Assembly (NCBI GenBank): GCA_030704615.1
Contig: CM060734.1
Location: 55,862,001 to 55,926,000 of the forward strand
Source of the DNA: Takakia lepidozioides
Taxonomy: Eukaryota; Plantae; Bryophyta
DNA length: 64,000 nt
Direction of reading: 5' to 3'
Below, one piece after another: positions 26,687-39,883 of the stretch; position 1 is the first letter of the stretch, and every line of letters begins with the position of its first letter. The notes under the pieces were generated by a model. The model ran no database searches, was not told the DNA's origin, and worked only from the letters and a program-made list of their open reading frames with translations. The position numbers were made by a program, and so were the translations under genes.

Positions 26687-28499
26687 TATAGGCTATGCTG
26701 TTGGTAGCGGGGACTCCAAGCACTATGTGTATGATCGTGTGCATGGCCTTGGCCTGTATGGCTTGATTTGCTCTACTCTAGAACGTTGCAGGTACACGAA
26801 TGTACTTTGGTTAAGGACTCCTGTTACAATGCATCTGTGCTCGAGACACTGTCTCGCTTATTTCCAACGGAACAGTATAGATCTATTATGGTATGTATTA
26901 TTATCTGCATGTCCTTGGCCTTAAATACTGACTCGCTCTATTAAAAGGTTGCCAGTACATACACGTATGTATGTAGGGAACATTGGTCTAGGAATATGTT
27001 TCTTACTGTCATCTTAGAAAACTTTAGCTTTGGCTTATCTTTAGCATCTTGGCTTTCTTTCTAGATTGTTATGCAGGATTGTTATGCAGAATGCAGGACA
27101 ATTCTTGTTCATCTTTCCTCGTGTGATCGCTTTGATAGGTCTCTTGTCCTGTTAGGTACATCTCCCTTTTGCTTTTCTAGTTATTGGTCCGGTTTATCCT
27201 CGGTCTGAGGAAGTTGCGGTGATTCCTTGACCTTGGATTCGGATTCTTGGCCTCCCAGCGATCTCGATGTACTGCCTTATGGCTTTCACAAGGTTATTTT
27301 TTCCCTTGTTAAATATGATATAGAGGGCTTCATCCCCTTAAAGGATACAAAGGAATTACTTGGACCTACACTGGGCGTCTGTGCTCTGCCAAGTACTGGT
27401 TTTGCTTTCGACGGGACACGTCTGTATGATCATCTGCATGCACGACATGGTCTGCTATGCGAGGCAGCTGCTTGATCCGCCTGAGTTGAGCATTGATGTA
27501 ATGGACGAGATTTGGTTATGGACATCTTGCTGAAGAAGCTCTGACTGTTCTTTTATTGTTCAATGTAAACTTGTAAAGCGTCGACAGTTTCCGATCGGGC
27601 ACAGACCATGCATATAACGATTCAAACACACTGCTGCAAGACCTTTTCATAAATCTTCACTGTAGCTGCACCTTCAATGAAATCTCCTACCGTGCAGGTG
27701 CCAGGCCTTGCTCTCCAAGCTTCGAGATATGGATACCTCACCCTAATATTGACCTTGCAGGAAAGGCTTCCAATCGAAGCAAAGGTGGACATACAGTTCA
27801 TGGCACGAGATCTGCATCTCTTCAGCCACGAAGTCTATATCTCAACATTTTCCATCAACCTGTGGTCATCTACGTACTGCCATGAGAACATCCAGCCATT
27901 ACGGCTTCAGACGTCATTATAAAAATCCACTGGCGGCTCTAGCCCGGCGTCACATCCAGGTGACAGTTATCCACCGTGAAATTGCCGTTACAGAAAGTTG
28001 ATATATACATATATATGCACATGTATCGCAACTCCGCAATCCAAATGCCTGAATGAGTTCTCGCAAAGCTACAGGTCTTGGAAGATTCCAGATATGAGGT
28101 CCTACCAAGGTCTTAATCCTTTTCAGCCAGATACCACCTTTCCCATTTCAAAGTCTAGTTCACAACTCGAAAACTTGATGAAGTCGTCGAGAGCTACTGC
28201 ATGCGCCAAGCAATGTCTCATGGAAGTTCTAGATATATCCCAGTGCGAGCTTTTCATGTGGCTACACACATGACACCGTGAAGGTGGAAAATGAACCGAA
28301 AGGTTGACACTTGCAAGCATCGACATGCAGTGATCGAGCACATGTGAACTAAAATTCGGAATCTCAGATGCATGTTACAAAGGTTATGTACATTTAGTTT
28401 CACTGCAGGACCCGTGAAAGGGTTACACTGCAGAATTTTTGTCATGATCTCGCCTATCAGATGCCTACAGTGGTTCAGAAACTTAGCACATCAGCACCG

Positions 28500-30487
28500 C
28501 TAACACCGTAAGACATCTGAGAGGCATCGAAAACGACCTAATCTCTTTGATGAAGGGGACCGCGGTAGCTTAGCGTCCTTGCAACGCTGCCATCTGTTCA
28601 CGAATCCCAGCTTCGGTTTGCCCGGCTCCAAAATCTGTTGTGGTTTGGTCACTTCCTGTGGGTGTGTCTCACGTCCTTTGCCTTTGACGATTCCATCTAA
28701 GCCAAGAGTTTCACTGTGAGTTCCTGCAGCTCCAAGTTGCTTCTGAGTATCGGGGCTTGTATCCTTTTTGGGAGATTCAACGAATTGTGTACAAGCAGTC
28801 AGTAGCAATTCTACCCCACTGATCAAGGCAGATGGATGAGTACTGGCCGTAGTCTTCACTTCCAGCTCGCCAACCTTTCCTTCTGGCACCTGCCGTGCGG
28901 AGGGGTTGATCTCCTCAACGTCACACCAATTACACACTGGCGGGAATGACCCCTTCCTGGGATAAGAATTGCTGCAGTATCTGCACAGTCAAGACGAACC
29001 ACATTGGTGAAAATGCTCGACCATAGATAACCGAACGAGAACGTCTTCAAGGCAATTCAACATCTTTGGCAGCTCACACTCGATATGAATGCAGTCTATA
29101 CAGGTGATATTTATACTTTGCCGGCAGACCCTCCCTCATATTGACGATCAGGTAGTGTGGGTGCAAGTTTCTGTAGTATCATGTGACGGTCTGACGACAA
29201 GTCATGACCACACACGATCAGTAAGCCGAGACCACTGGGCACTTTCAAACGAGTAGTTCTTTTTGTTCGAGATTGGGAACGAAAAGTCTGAATCATCGTG
29301 TGCTACCCCCAGGAAGGGAGTGACAGCCGTAAAATAGTCAAGCCATGGTATGGCAGCATGGGAGTAGTAGTTCTTCCTCCCTTGGCACATTAACTTAGCA
29401 GTCGAAAAACTGAAGGCATCACAGGCGGGGCAAAAGAGCCAGCAGCAACACCTCTGGGTCCTTACAGTTGTAGATCTAAAGACACCGAAAGGGCTGCGTT
29501 GCAGTCGTAATTAGACGACTTACATCTCGCAACTTTACAGTGGGTTCAATCTGATCCCTATCACGAGGCACTGTGTACTTCAAGCATCCTTCAGATGCCT
29601 GTGCCTGGATGAAAGTCAATATTGCAAGTCAACTTCCCTTGCAGCATCTAGTTTCAAGTTGAATGTGCACTGACGAAGTGATGCAGACTGTGCAATACTC
29701 CACAATGCACAAATCATTCAGCAATGCATCATGTGCAACTGCTTCACCATGCACCTAAGACCCTCAGTGATGCTCTTGCAAGTTGCCATGGCCGATACTC
29801 ATGCCATAGCAGGCCAAGAATCGGCTTGGCAGATAAACAAGACCAAGCCTTTGAGCCACTGCTGCAGATCTATTGGCTACAATCTCAAGGGTCTTCACAA
29901 CCGTAAGGCCTCCATGCCGCCTCGAATATAATATATAGCATGCGCAGCAGTCCGATATCTGCTGCATAAGATATAATGCCTGGTGTTTGAAGTCCACAAG
30001 TCCAGCGATGGTCCAGACAAGGAGTAAAACGATAAGTAGAAGAAAGGGTTCTCCAATACAAGGAAAGATGAAGACAGTCATTGTTTACATACGTATGCTG
30101 AAACCGGAAAGAACACTTGCAGCAGCGATGCAGCTCCTCTACAAGTCCCATATCTCCACACATGCTACACTCTGGAGGAGTCTCATCCTTTCGCGTGACT
30201 TGTTGCACCTGCATCCTGGCTTTACTCCTCTTTGGAGATTCCACCTGAGTCTCCGAGACCACTTGTTCATCAGTTCTACATACCACAGTTCGGGCCTTTT
30301 TGACAGGAGAAAATGACTCACAACGTTCCAATGCGAATCTGTTTCTCGACGGTGGCTTTAGTTTTCCAGCTTTGGTGGTAGACTCTACATCATGAACTTT
30401 CCTCTTCTTGGCACATCTGTCGCCCTCGCTCCTTACAGTCTCAGAAAGCAGTCCTGAAGATGATCTTCTGACCACGTTGGAGGCCAT
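28500..30487 (-). CDS. Plant PHD-type zinc-finger protein (At3g60520/At1g02070-like), paralog A
   Basis: Exons 30487-30093 and 28980-28500 (phase-2 intron) join to give ECSMCGDMG..LHRCCKCSFRFQHTYCSNSYP..VCNWC. The C-terminus GRFRCLSDV resembles the family RRYKLL motif. Confidence 0.88.
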
Positions 30488-30778
30488 CGAAGAAGGCTCT
30501 CACACTGTGGGTGACAAGACTGCAGGAGAGAGAAGACTCGAGACTACTTCTAGACTACGAGGACGAAAGAGCAAAGAGGGGGAGAGGAGAAAGAAATAGT
30601 GGACAGGAAAGAAGTATGAGGGAGCGAGAAAGGCATAAATAAAGCTGGTTGGTGAAGTTCCGGAGACCCAGGTCCTGGGTGACGCCAGACAGTGAAAGAG
30701 GCGGTTGATGCACCAGTGGTGTGAGGGGTGGACACTATAAGGCAGAACGCCAGACAAACAGACAAATGAAATGGTGGG

Positions 30779-30899
30779 CGCGTATCACACAGCCCAAGGA
30801 AGTTAGAGGCGCCGCGTGTGTGCAGGTACAAGGAGAATCCCACCACCGCCTGGCCCACCACCGCTGCACACAACGTTCAACCCAAGCTACAGCCCGCGT
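30779..30899. promoter_or_regulatory. Three CGCGT boxes (CAMTA-type) upstream of PHD paralog A
   Basis: CGCGT at 30779, 30813 and 30895, about 300-400 bp upstream of ATG 30487. Confidence 0.35.
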
Positions 30900-33800
30900 C
30901 GCCGTGATGGGCATGCTTCCTCCCCATTGGCCACCCCTGCAAGCTGAACTGAGGTACACCCGTCCTCTCTCATCATACGAGCCCCCTCACTGACATGTTT
31001 GCAGCTGCGGTCGGATCGAGCAGAAGGCGAGTGCCACCTTGCCCCACCCCCGAATGCTTCTGGGTTCAAATCCCGCAATCCCGCAATACAACATGCTCAT
31101 GTTGCATGGCGTGCTGTACACGTTGATTCTGCGTCGAGGAATAACCGACCCCGGCGGTGAGTCCAGTGTCAAGTGTCAAGCTGCTGTGAAATTCCAACCA
31201 TGACAGCAGCACCCCAATAGCTTAAGCTACTGACTTCTTTTTTTTTTCCCCCCAAGAGGAACGAAGAAGAATCATCCTCATTAAAAAAAAGTTTGGAAAG
31301 ATCGAGGCGCGAGACGAATCTTGTAGGTGTCCTTGTTAAGATTTCTGAGTATGTGATAATGCCCGAAAGGGATATAAGGTATGTTGGCCTATGAGCGTTC
31401 ACATAACGATTGTGAAAATCCAACGGTGTGTTTTGGTCGATTTTACCCAGATAAAATCTATAAGGTGCTCCACATCTAGGGAAAGCTAAGACACTTAGAA
31501 CTACTACCCTACACATCGTCCTCTAGGTACCATTTCTTACTTAACGCTATGGACGCCAACTTGAATATCTATTCACGCATAGCTGCACTTATTGGGAGGC
31601 GGTTAGGTGCCCGGATTGGCAGGTTGTTTAGCATGATGATCGCGAGTTGATGGATAACCACCTCCCCGCATTAACTAGTTCATAATTGGGTTCTTATTTT
31701 AAACCATTTTTTAAGGACACTACATATGAGGCTGTGAGGCCTCCCTGGGAAAGTGTCAGCACCAAATCAGCGAGAGAGCGAGGCCCCCTGATTTAGATCC
31801 TCACCTTCACGATTTGTCTCCCAACAATGGGAGAAAGAGGAAGAGGGGCAAAAGCAAAAAACACTAGGCCTAATCAACTCTTCTACTGTCGTGTATATGT
31901 GCAGGGACAACTTTTGGGCATCAGGCCAGGGCCGCCCATTGTTTTTCTGGGCGGCGAAGCTGGGGCCCCGACTTTTGGTCAAGTCGGGTGAAAGACTCAC
32001 ATTATTTACTGCGTTGTTGTTTGAGTGTTCTGACCGCCCACTTATATCTTCTAAAATATGCTCTCACCTGGAGCGCCTGCCAACCGGAATTCAGCAAGCA
32101 AATCAGAGTAACAGGTAGGCCATATACAAATGCATAAACACTTGGAATCTTTGGGTGTTCATGGATCCCCAATGACATGAAGAAAAGACACAGATATTAT
32201 GGAGGAAAAACACACGTGGGGTACTAATTATCCGAAGATAAAACAAAACCCCACGGGCCACAAGTCGTATGAATGTATTCATGAATATGTAAATAACAAC
32301 GTTAGTCAATCGTAAACCACCTGTACACAGATTGTCAGATGGCTAGCCTAAGCTAAAATCACTCATAGATGAATAGCCTACAACTTGGCCGATGGTGGGG
32401 ACAGCTTGGAAAGAAATCACATTCTAAATGCAAGAAAGAAACATAGGTAACTCTGTTGATTATAGGTGTACTGTTTTTGTACCCTGCATGGAGTAGGTGG
32501 GACCTGGACTAGGGACGAAGACTAGGGACCCGTTTGCGCTCCAGGATGCGAGGCCAGCGTTGCAGAGCAACATGCAAAGTACAGTTGCAAGTGAGTGAGT
32601 TGCAGGACAGTGGAAGGCATAACGTGGGCTAGCAATTGGGCTGTACAATCTCCAAGCTGGTGCTTCAACACATCTGTGTGGCCAACCCAACACTTCGCAG
32701 CTTCTACCCAACAGATCAAAACTCCCGTGATCTTTCGCACGTGCAAAGTGGATAGTGTGCAGGAAGCTTTGATGAGAATCTTAGCCGGGGGAATGGGCGG
32801 GAGAGATTAGGTGAGGAGTGTCAGGAAGGCTAAGTAATATCGTAATAACTAATATCCCTTTCCATGAGCCTCCCTACATCAAAGATTTGAGTTAATGAGT
32901 AGTCTCCATTATTGGGTCTTTCATGTGGGGGATGGCATGACCTTCTTGACTCATCTATTGATAGCGGAGTTCGAACGGTGACAAGAAACATCTGTCCTCT
33001 TTTGCATGCCCCCTTTTAAGGCCTTACCGGTTGGATCAAAGCTCTGGAGCGGGAATTGGAGCACTGAACCAGTACAGGATGGCGCTTGTCGGGCTTCCAC
33101 CTTTCCAGAAAAGAAATCACTAGCTGTTGGGTTGGATACAGTGTGATCATTTTGCCAGAGTCTTCTCCGGGTCCCTGGAACTTCTCCAGAAGGAGCCGAC
33201 CTACTAGACTCCCCAAAGTGTTGCAAGATTTGATCATGTTGACAGGCTTTAACGCTTCATGGACCTTGCCGATCCATAGTCCTTTATGTACTATGTACAT
33301 TTCGAAGAGCGCTCAAAGCTGGGAAGCGGGTCCACTACGACGTCCACTTTGTGTACTCCTGTCTTCTGAAGAAATCAGGAGTCCACTACTTGCGGTCCTG
33401 ACGGTTGCCTTGGGCAGAGATTTAGGGAGACGAATGCTCGTCTTCTCTCGAGCGGGTCCCACTATTGGTCCCCATGATTTGACTCCGTTGTCATCAACTC
33501 AGCGATACACTGTCCAACTATGCTGCCGACAGTGTTATAATCATCAGATGCCGGGTCGCCGAAGCAAATATAAGGCGGTCCTGCCATTTGCAGGTGGCTG
33601 GTAAGCCTAGTCCCAACTATTTCAAAGGGCATTTCATTTGAAGACTTTCGGGGTTTCTTCGCTGGGGTTACTGTTGTAGTCAATCAATGATACACTAAAG
33701 TTTCTACTGTCAACATAACCGCCCACCCCAATCGCCAGAACAATCCAACTGGGCGGAAGATCCAACGCTCATTACCTGTCAGAGAGACGTTAAACTTCCT

Positions 33801-36800
33801 TTCCTTTGCACTTGTCGAACACAATTAAAACCCCCTGAGACCTACCTTACCCACACTTCTCCACACTCCCTCCCAATGATCTACTCAACCAAACACAATG
33901 CTTTGGGCGTGTACATACTTAGTATCTACTGTTTTACGCAGGTGGTAAACTCTGAATTATCCAAATTGGATCTCATTCATGAAAGCTTGAATGCAGCATG
34001 GGGAGGAGGAGAAATGGGAGGCAGGGTTGCCCGGGCAATTGCCAGGTGGATATCTTGTTTTAGCGGTGGGTTGCAAGTGAGAGAGGAGATATTGGGGGAT
34101 CTATTCTATAATATAGTGTGGGATTGATTCACGTCGGGTAGCCGAGTATAGGAAATGCTAAAGCTGGGGTATGGAGCAGGCGGTGCGCTGAGTTGCTTTG
34201 CAGAGAATGCGGGAACAGGAATCCGGCAGAAGCGCTCAGACAGTGAGTGTGCACAAGCCGTGTCACACTCTCATCACGAAACTGTCAAGCAAGGCACCAT
34301 ATACATATGTACGTACGAAAAAGGTGGAGCAGCTTTGGTGCCATACCAAGTGCCTGAACCGTCGGCTCGCAGCGTCAGCCTTCTCTCACCGCCGTTGACG
34401 CTGCGAGCATGAGAGGAGGATGTTTATATTTTATGACTTCAGTCCTGCCACTGCCGTCCGGAATCAAACTCCTGTCGCTCAGTAGTTCACAAGCTTTCGT
34501 ATGGAGGATAGCGAACTACCTATTGAACGACAAGGGAGGCAACATTCATGTGTTGTTCCACTGGACAAGCTGGTAAAAGGAGTGGCCTGGTACAGCTCTG
34601 GACACCACAAATTTCGGGTGAGTACAGATGCAATAAGCTCATGACTTTAAGATCTGAGAGCTGAATCATGGTAGATGCACCAAGTACAATCACACATATG
34701 ATTTGGCAAAAACTTGAACTCGGACTTCTACCTGGTGAGTCGATGATCAGTTGTCACGACTTCCACTTAGTAACGTCCCAAGGTTGCCAAATTCTTGACA
34801 AACGCAAGTCCTATCCGAACAGTCCTGGCAGCATATATATATATTAATGTCTTTCTAAGCTGTTTGTTCCAGGACTCCGCAGCAAAATATCGGGTTTCCA
34901 GGACACACACATAATTAGATTAGCCTCTAGATAGTACTAATCCGGAGTCCAGTTCACCAGGAGCGCTATTTTGTACATATCTTGCAACGTCCGATTTGCT
35001 ATCTAGAGACGCTGATCATATATCTTTCGATGAGCGGTTGGCGGACGTCTTATCAGATGGGCACAGTGGTGAATTCTATGTGTGGAATGGTGAATACTCC
35101 TGTCGAAGCAGGTTACGTGTAATGTAACTTCGCCAGATACCTACTGAAGATCGAACTTTCCGCCATAATTTGTTGCGGCCCATGTGAGGAGAAAATCTCT
35201 TGCAAGCGAAATGAGCTGTAACTGTATCCTGCGCTCAGAACACCAAGCTGACCAGTAATTTCATTCAACTTAGTGGATCTGAGCACAGCAACTTCAATAT
35301 TCGTGAGTGGTGAACTTATTTATACAGCTTCTCGACTGTTTCCATAGAGTTTGAACATCTTGCACAGTGGTCACTTTTCACCTCCTTTTCACCACCATGC
35401 TGAGCATTTTCCAGTACTATCTAGATAGCACTATATAAGCTCTGAGGTGACTGGCCAAGCTCGCAACTAGTCGACATGTATGTACGTATGTACGTTCGAG
35501 CTCCACTGACTAAACAAACTATGTAGTGTGAAGGGCAAGTTGACTGGCGATCGTTTTGAATAAGCTGGAATTGCGAATTCAACGATATGTATTTGTGTTG
35601 AGTCTCGACTGGAATGTACATCAGATTCAAGTGCATCTAACGGAGTGCGCACGAGAAACTTAACTACTACACTAACTAGGCGCGTCCTGGTCCCGTTGAC
35701 AACTTGTGCATAAATTGAGCCCTCAAGTCCACTCATGCAGAGCTAATCAACATGTAGATCAAAGACTTTAATGGAACCAACATTCAAATGCAGAGACGCA
35801 GTTACATTCGAAGACCGCCATCTTAAGATTTCATTTGCACTGCAATGTCATCCGATCGCATGTACAAAGCTACAGTTGCAATGTCATCTGGCTCAGCTAT
35901 TCGGAAGTTGTAACACGTATTGCTTCCCTCGTGGTGTTGATCTGCAGTTCATCTAAGCAAACATTGGATAGTAGGTCTTTCATTCTAACCAGTCGAGTTC
36001 AGCAACCTCTCAAGGAACGGCTGCTAAGTCAGAAATTCAGCCGAAGCGTGTCAGGTATTTCCTAGGAGGTTTGATAATATGCTTACCAGCTAGATTTGTG
36101 ATGTGCTGTGCATGTGAACACTTTTGTATCTTAATTCTCTGGGAATCACACAGACTTTGGAGGCTCATACTACTCTCGAGATTTTAGTCCGAGCCATGCA
36201 AACCTTTGCCGGGGATGATTATCGGATGATTTTGGATCTACTTCTGGACTTTGATCTGGAAATTATCCTGGAAATCTACTCCAACATTCGCTTCCGCAGT
36301 TGTCTGTGGCGTTCACGGATCAACTCAAACATAACGCATCCAACGAAGACTTTGAAAGCAGCACGGAAGGAGCCCCTCACGAAGGGCTGCCATTGTCACC
36401 TACGTAGCAATCGAGTTTCATATGGAAGTTTGCTCACGTCTTGAATCTGAAATCCTACGTACTAGGTACATTCTGGAGTGAATAATAGAGTACAGAACTA
36501 CCTGAACTCTTGTGAATTTGGCCCCTTCGGTGTGCATTGCCCTAGAACATTACAGATCATGCTGCAAGGTATATGGAAATTAATTAACCACATGTGCCTG
36601 TGCAGGATCTGAGCAGTACCACCCAGCTCGTACTCGAAGATCTCAGCTTGTTACTTTTCTCCCTTGTGCAGTTTGTGCAATGTTCAGACATTAAAAGTCG
36701 AGGAACTCGTCTTCTCCCCATCAAGTGTACTGGGGACACTTCATACGAGCTTCTTACAACGTTCTACCCTACTGCTGTATCAGAGTGATTCCAGTATTGA

Positions 36801-37547
36801 GACCAGATTCCAGCTTCCTCGTCATCCGTCCCACATTGGTCTTGATTTACAATTAGCAAGGTTTTGTACAATTAAGGGTGCCCACTGGGCCTCATGCTAA
36901 AAATTACATTGTCACGCCTACCATTCCATCAATCCAGACCGGATAGTCGCTAATCGTGTTTTAAATTTGAATCTCCTACAGGTACTCAGGAGTAACATTT
37001 ACACGAACAGCTCGATGTCACCTTTAGGGACCCTCCACATGAACTTCGCGCTAAAGCTGACAGGAAAACCTGCAGCATGCATGCAGGCATCTAGAGCTCT
37101 AGAAACTAGGACCACTCACTCAGAAATCTGAAACAATGCACATGAGATCCATTCGTTATTCATGAGAGATCATCCTGAAACTGGATTCCGGTCCCATTCA
37201 CCAATCTGACAGTCTGAGATTAATTCGTCCTACAGCCCCTTGAGAGTTCCTAGAGTGCACTGCAGATTTCTTCCGACGTCGTCTGATCACCAACTAGCTC
37301 CACGCCAGCAACTGCAAACCGTGTTAATTGCGTTTTGAGCAGAGATTGAAACTCTTGCTGATGTGAATTTGCAAACAGGCTAATAACCTCTGCAAGTCAT
37401 CTGTATCTCATTTGTATAAGCACTTCGCATCCGTCATGTCACCCTCTCGCCACCAAAACTAAAGCTTATCCAGAGCCACATGTGTCCTCATTCGCGTGGT
37501 AACTAGCACCGCTCGATCATATCTAGTCTTTGGAGGTTTTCAAATGT

Positions 37548-38491
37548 TCAGACATCTGAAAGAAGCTTGTATCGTCTTCCACCCTCACGGGTTGGAGCTG
37601 CCTGCAGTTTCCTTCTTGTGAAATGCCGCCACCTACTAATAACTACTTTGCTTTTATCTGGTGCACTGCAACACACAGTCTTGTGCACGTCCTTCTCTGG
37701 AGCATTGTCATTTCTAGCACCACGTGAAAGAGTTGGACTGATCTGTTTCTTTCCCTGGTTTACTGTTTGTGAGGCTGGCGATCCCTCCTCGGCGACCTCT
37801 AAAAGAGATCCCAATGCTTCGGAAGCAGCTAAGCTTTTGTCATAAAGCTTTGGCAGCTCCGAGGCCTTCCTCTTAGTTTTTGATATCAGGTGCAGTTGTT
37901 TTCCTGGGTTATTGCTGCCATGTTTGGGTGTCAAGCACCAATCGCAAGTCTGTTGGTCCGGTTCTCTACTAATGCGTGGGTAAGAGTTACTGCAATACCT
38001 GCATCAGAACCGTATACATGTGGACAATTTGTTATGAGCAGTCTAGCCATTAATTGAAGGCTTCAAGCCACTACATTTGCACGAATAGAATTCCAACATC
38101 AATGTGCATATCCACGCATTGGGTAGCACAGAACGTTACTTGCCGACCATGATCACTAGGAGTCTGCAGAAGTTCAAGATTTTGATGGTCAAATGAGCTT
38201 GTTCTATGCAACAAAAGCGATATAGATGCAGTGTGATGCTCGGGGATGTACGTACGTGTGCTGATATCGGTGAAGACACCGTCTGCAACGGAAAAGGTTT
38301 TGAGAGAAGCCCACATCACCGCACATACTGCACTCGGGTCCTACTTCCGATGTACGATTGGAAGACTCACTTTGCCAGGTCCAATTCTCAAGTTCAGTAG
38401 CACCACCCGCCCAAGCTAAAAGTTCAGCGGCCTTGCATTGTCGTTTGCGAGTAACATTCTCTGGCCCAGAGGGTTTCTTCAGCACTTCCAT
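37548..38491 (-). CDS. Plant PHD-type zinc-finger protein, paralog B (start codon uncertain)
   Basis: Exons 38491-38256 and 37998-37548 give ECSMCGDVGFSQNLFRCRRCLHRYQHTYCSNSYP..TCDWC..RRYKLLSDV*. The intron has the same position and phase as in paralog A. Confidence 0.88.
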
Positions 38492-39883
38492 GCTCTCACG
38501 CTCCGTCGCACATATCTCTACTCCTCTTTGTTCTTTTGATAAGAAGGACCCATGACCTCGACTGTGACTCAAAGATTACAAACATCGTCCCAGCAGTTGA
38601 CACAAAGCGACCAGACCCTACATGACCTGAGAGAGTGGCCATGAAGGTTGGAGAACCATCTTCAGGAATTCTAAACATTGAGCTCAACAAATTCTAGGAG
38701 CAACTGCCAGGGAGGGTGCAAAGGATAAACGGAGTCCTGTAGGCAAGCCTCTGACTTAGTCAAAACCGAGAAAAGATTACACTTTTGACAGATAACTGTG
38801 CACAGATTTCGGATCCCGAAAGACAGCGAAGGGGAAGCCTGGGAATTGGGCAGGGCAATGATGGGTCTCAAGAGAGACGGTTGAGGTTAACCAAGAGACA
38901 GAGGCAAAGGAGACGGAGGAGGAGGAGGAGGAAAGCAAGCAGGAGACTCTGTATGGTCCACAAACTCTCTAACCCGCTTCTAAGAAGAGAAAAGAGAAGA
39001 GAAAGGGGTGTGACAGTAGGTGGAGAGAAAATATACCGCAAAGCTTTGGACCACAGTAGGTGACGACTCATTGATGTCCATGCCTACGGTCATGATGGGC
39101 AGACCGGATTTCCTGGCCACCTTCCTGGTGTACACGGGCCCAGACTCTTGCTGCGAAAGTCTTAGACCTACTTACATACTGGGAGGCCTCTGTGAGATTG
39201 TCCGAGTCAGACTGGCAGAAAGGACCCGCCCTGCCAGCGCTGCGGAGCTGTCTCTAGAGTTGCTCTCCACCATGAGCAGTCCATGAGGGCCCTCTGCTGC
39301 CACCCACACTCTCTCCGACCCAATTGCCCTCCGGGAAGACAACACAACTCTCACTAACTTACTCCATTTAACTCCTTCCTCTTTCCAACCCCAGACCCAT
39401 TGAAAGATGCCATCTCCCTCGATTCTATTCTGAAAACATTCTGCGAAGTTCACCTCAGTGAAAAGTGTTGGGCGGTTTTGATAATTTTATTTTTAGTAAA
39501 AGGGATATGGTACATGGGAGCGACAGCTCACAAATTAGTGTTGGGCGGTTACTTGAATTTCTCTCTAATACCCAACGGTTACCTATCATGTTACATATAT
39601 ATATGACCGACGGAGGTGAAAATGAAGTAAGAGCATCTCCAGCGGTCACGGCATGTCACGCTGCAACGGCAAGTTGCAGATGCGTCGTTGAAGTTGCTCA
39701 AAGCTGCACCCCAACAATCACCTTGCGCGGCACTTAAGCCACTAGCCCCAATAAAATCCCAAACATTACCACCATTACACATTTGGTGGAGGATATAGGG
39801 CTTGCACATGCTCATGGCACGCGGAAGTCAACGAATGTTGACCGTCTAGGAGCTCGTGGAGCTCGTGTCAGCGACGAGAGGAG

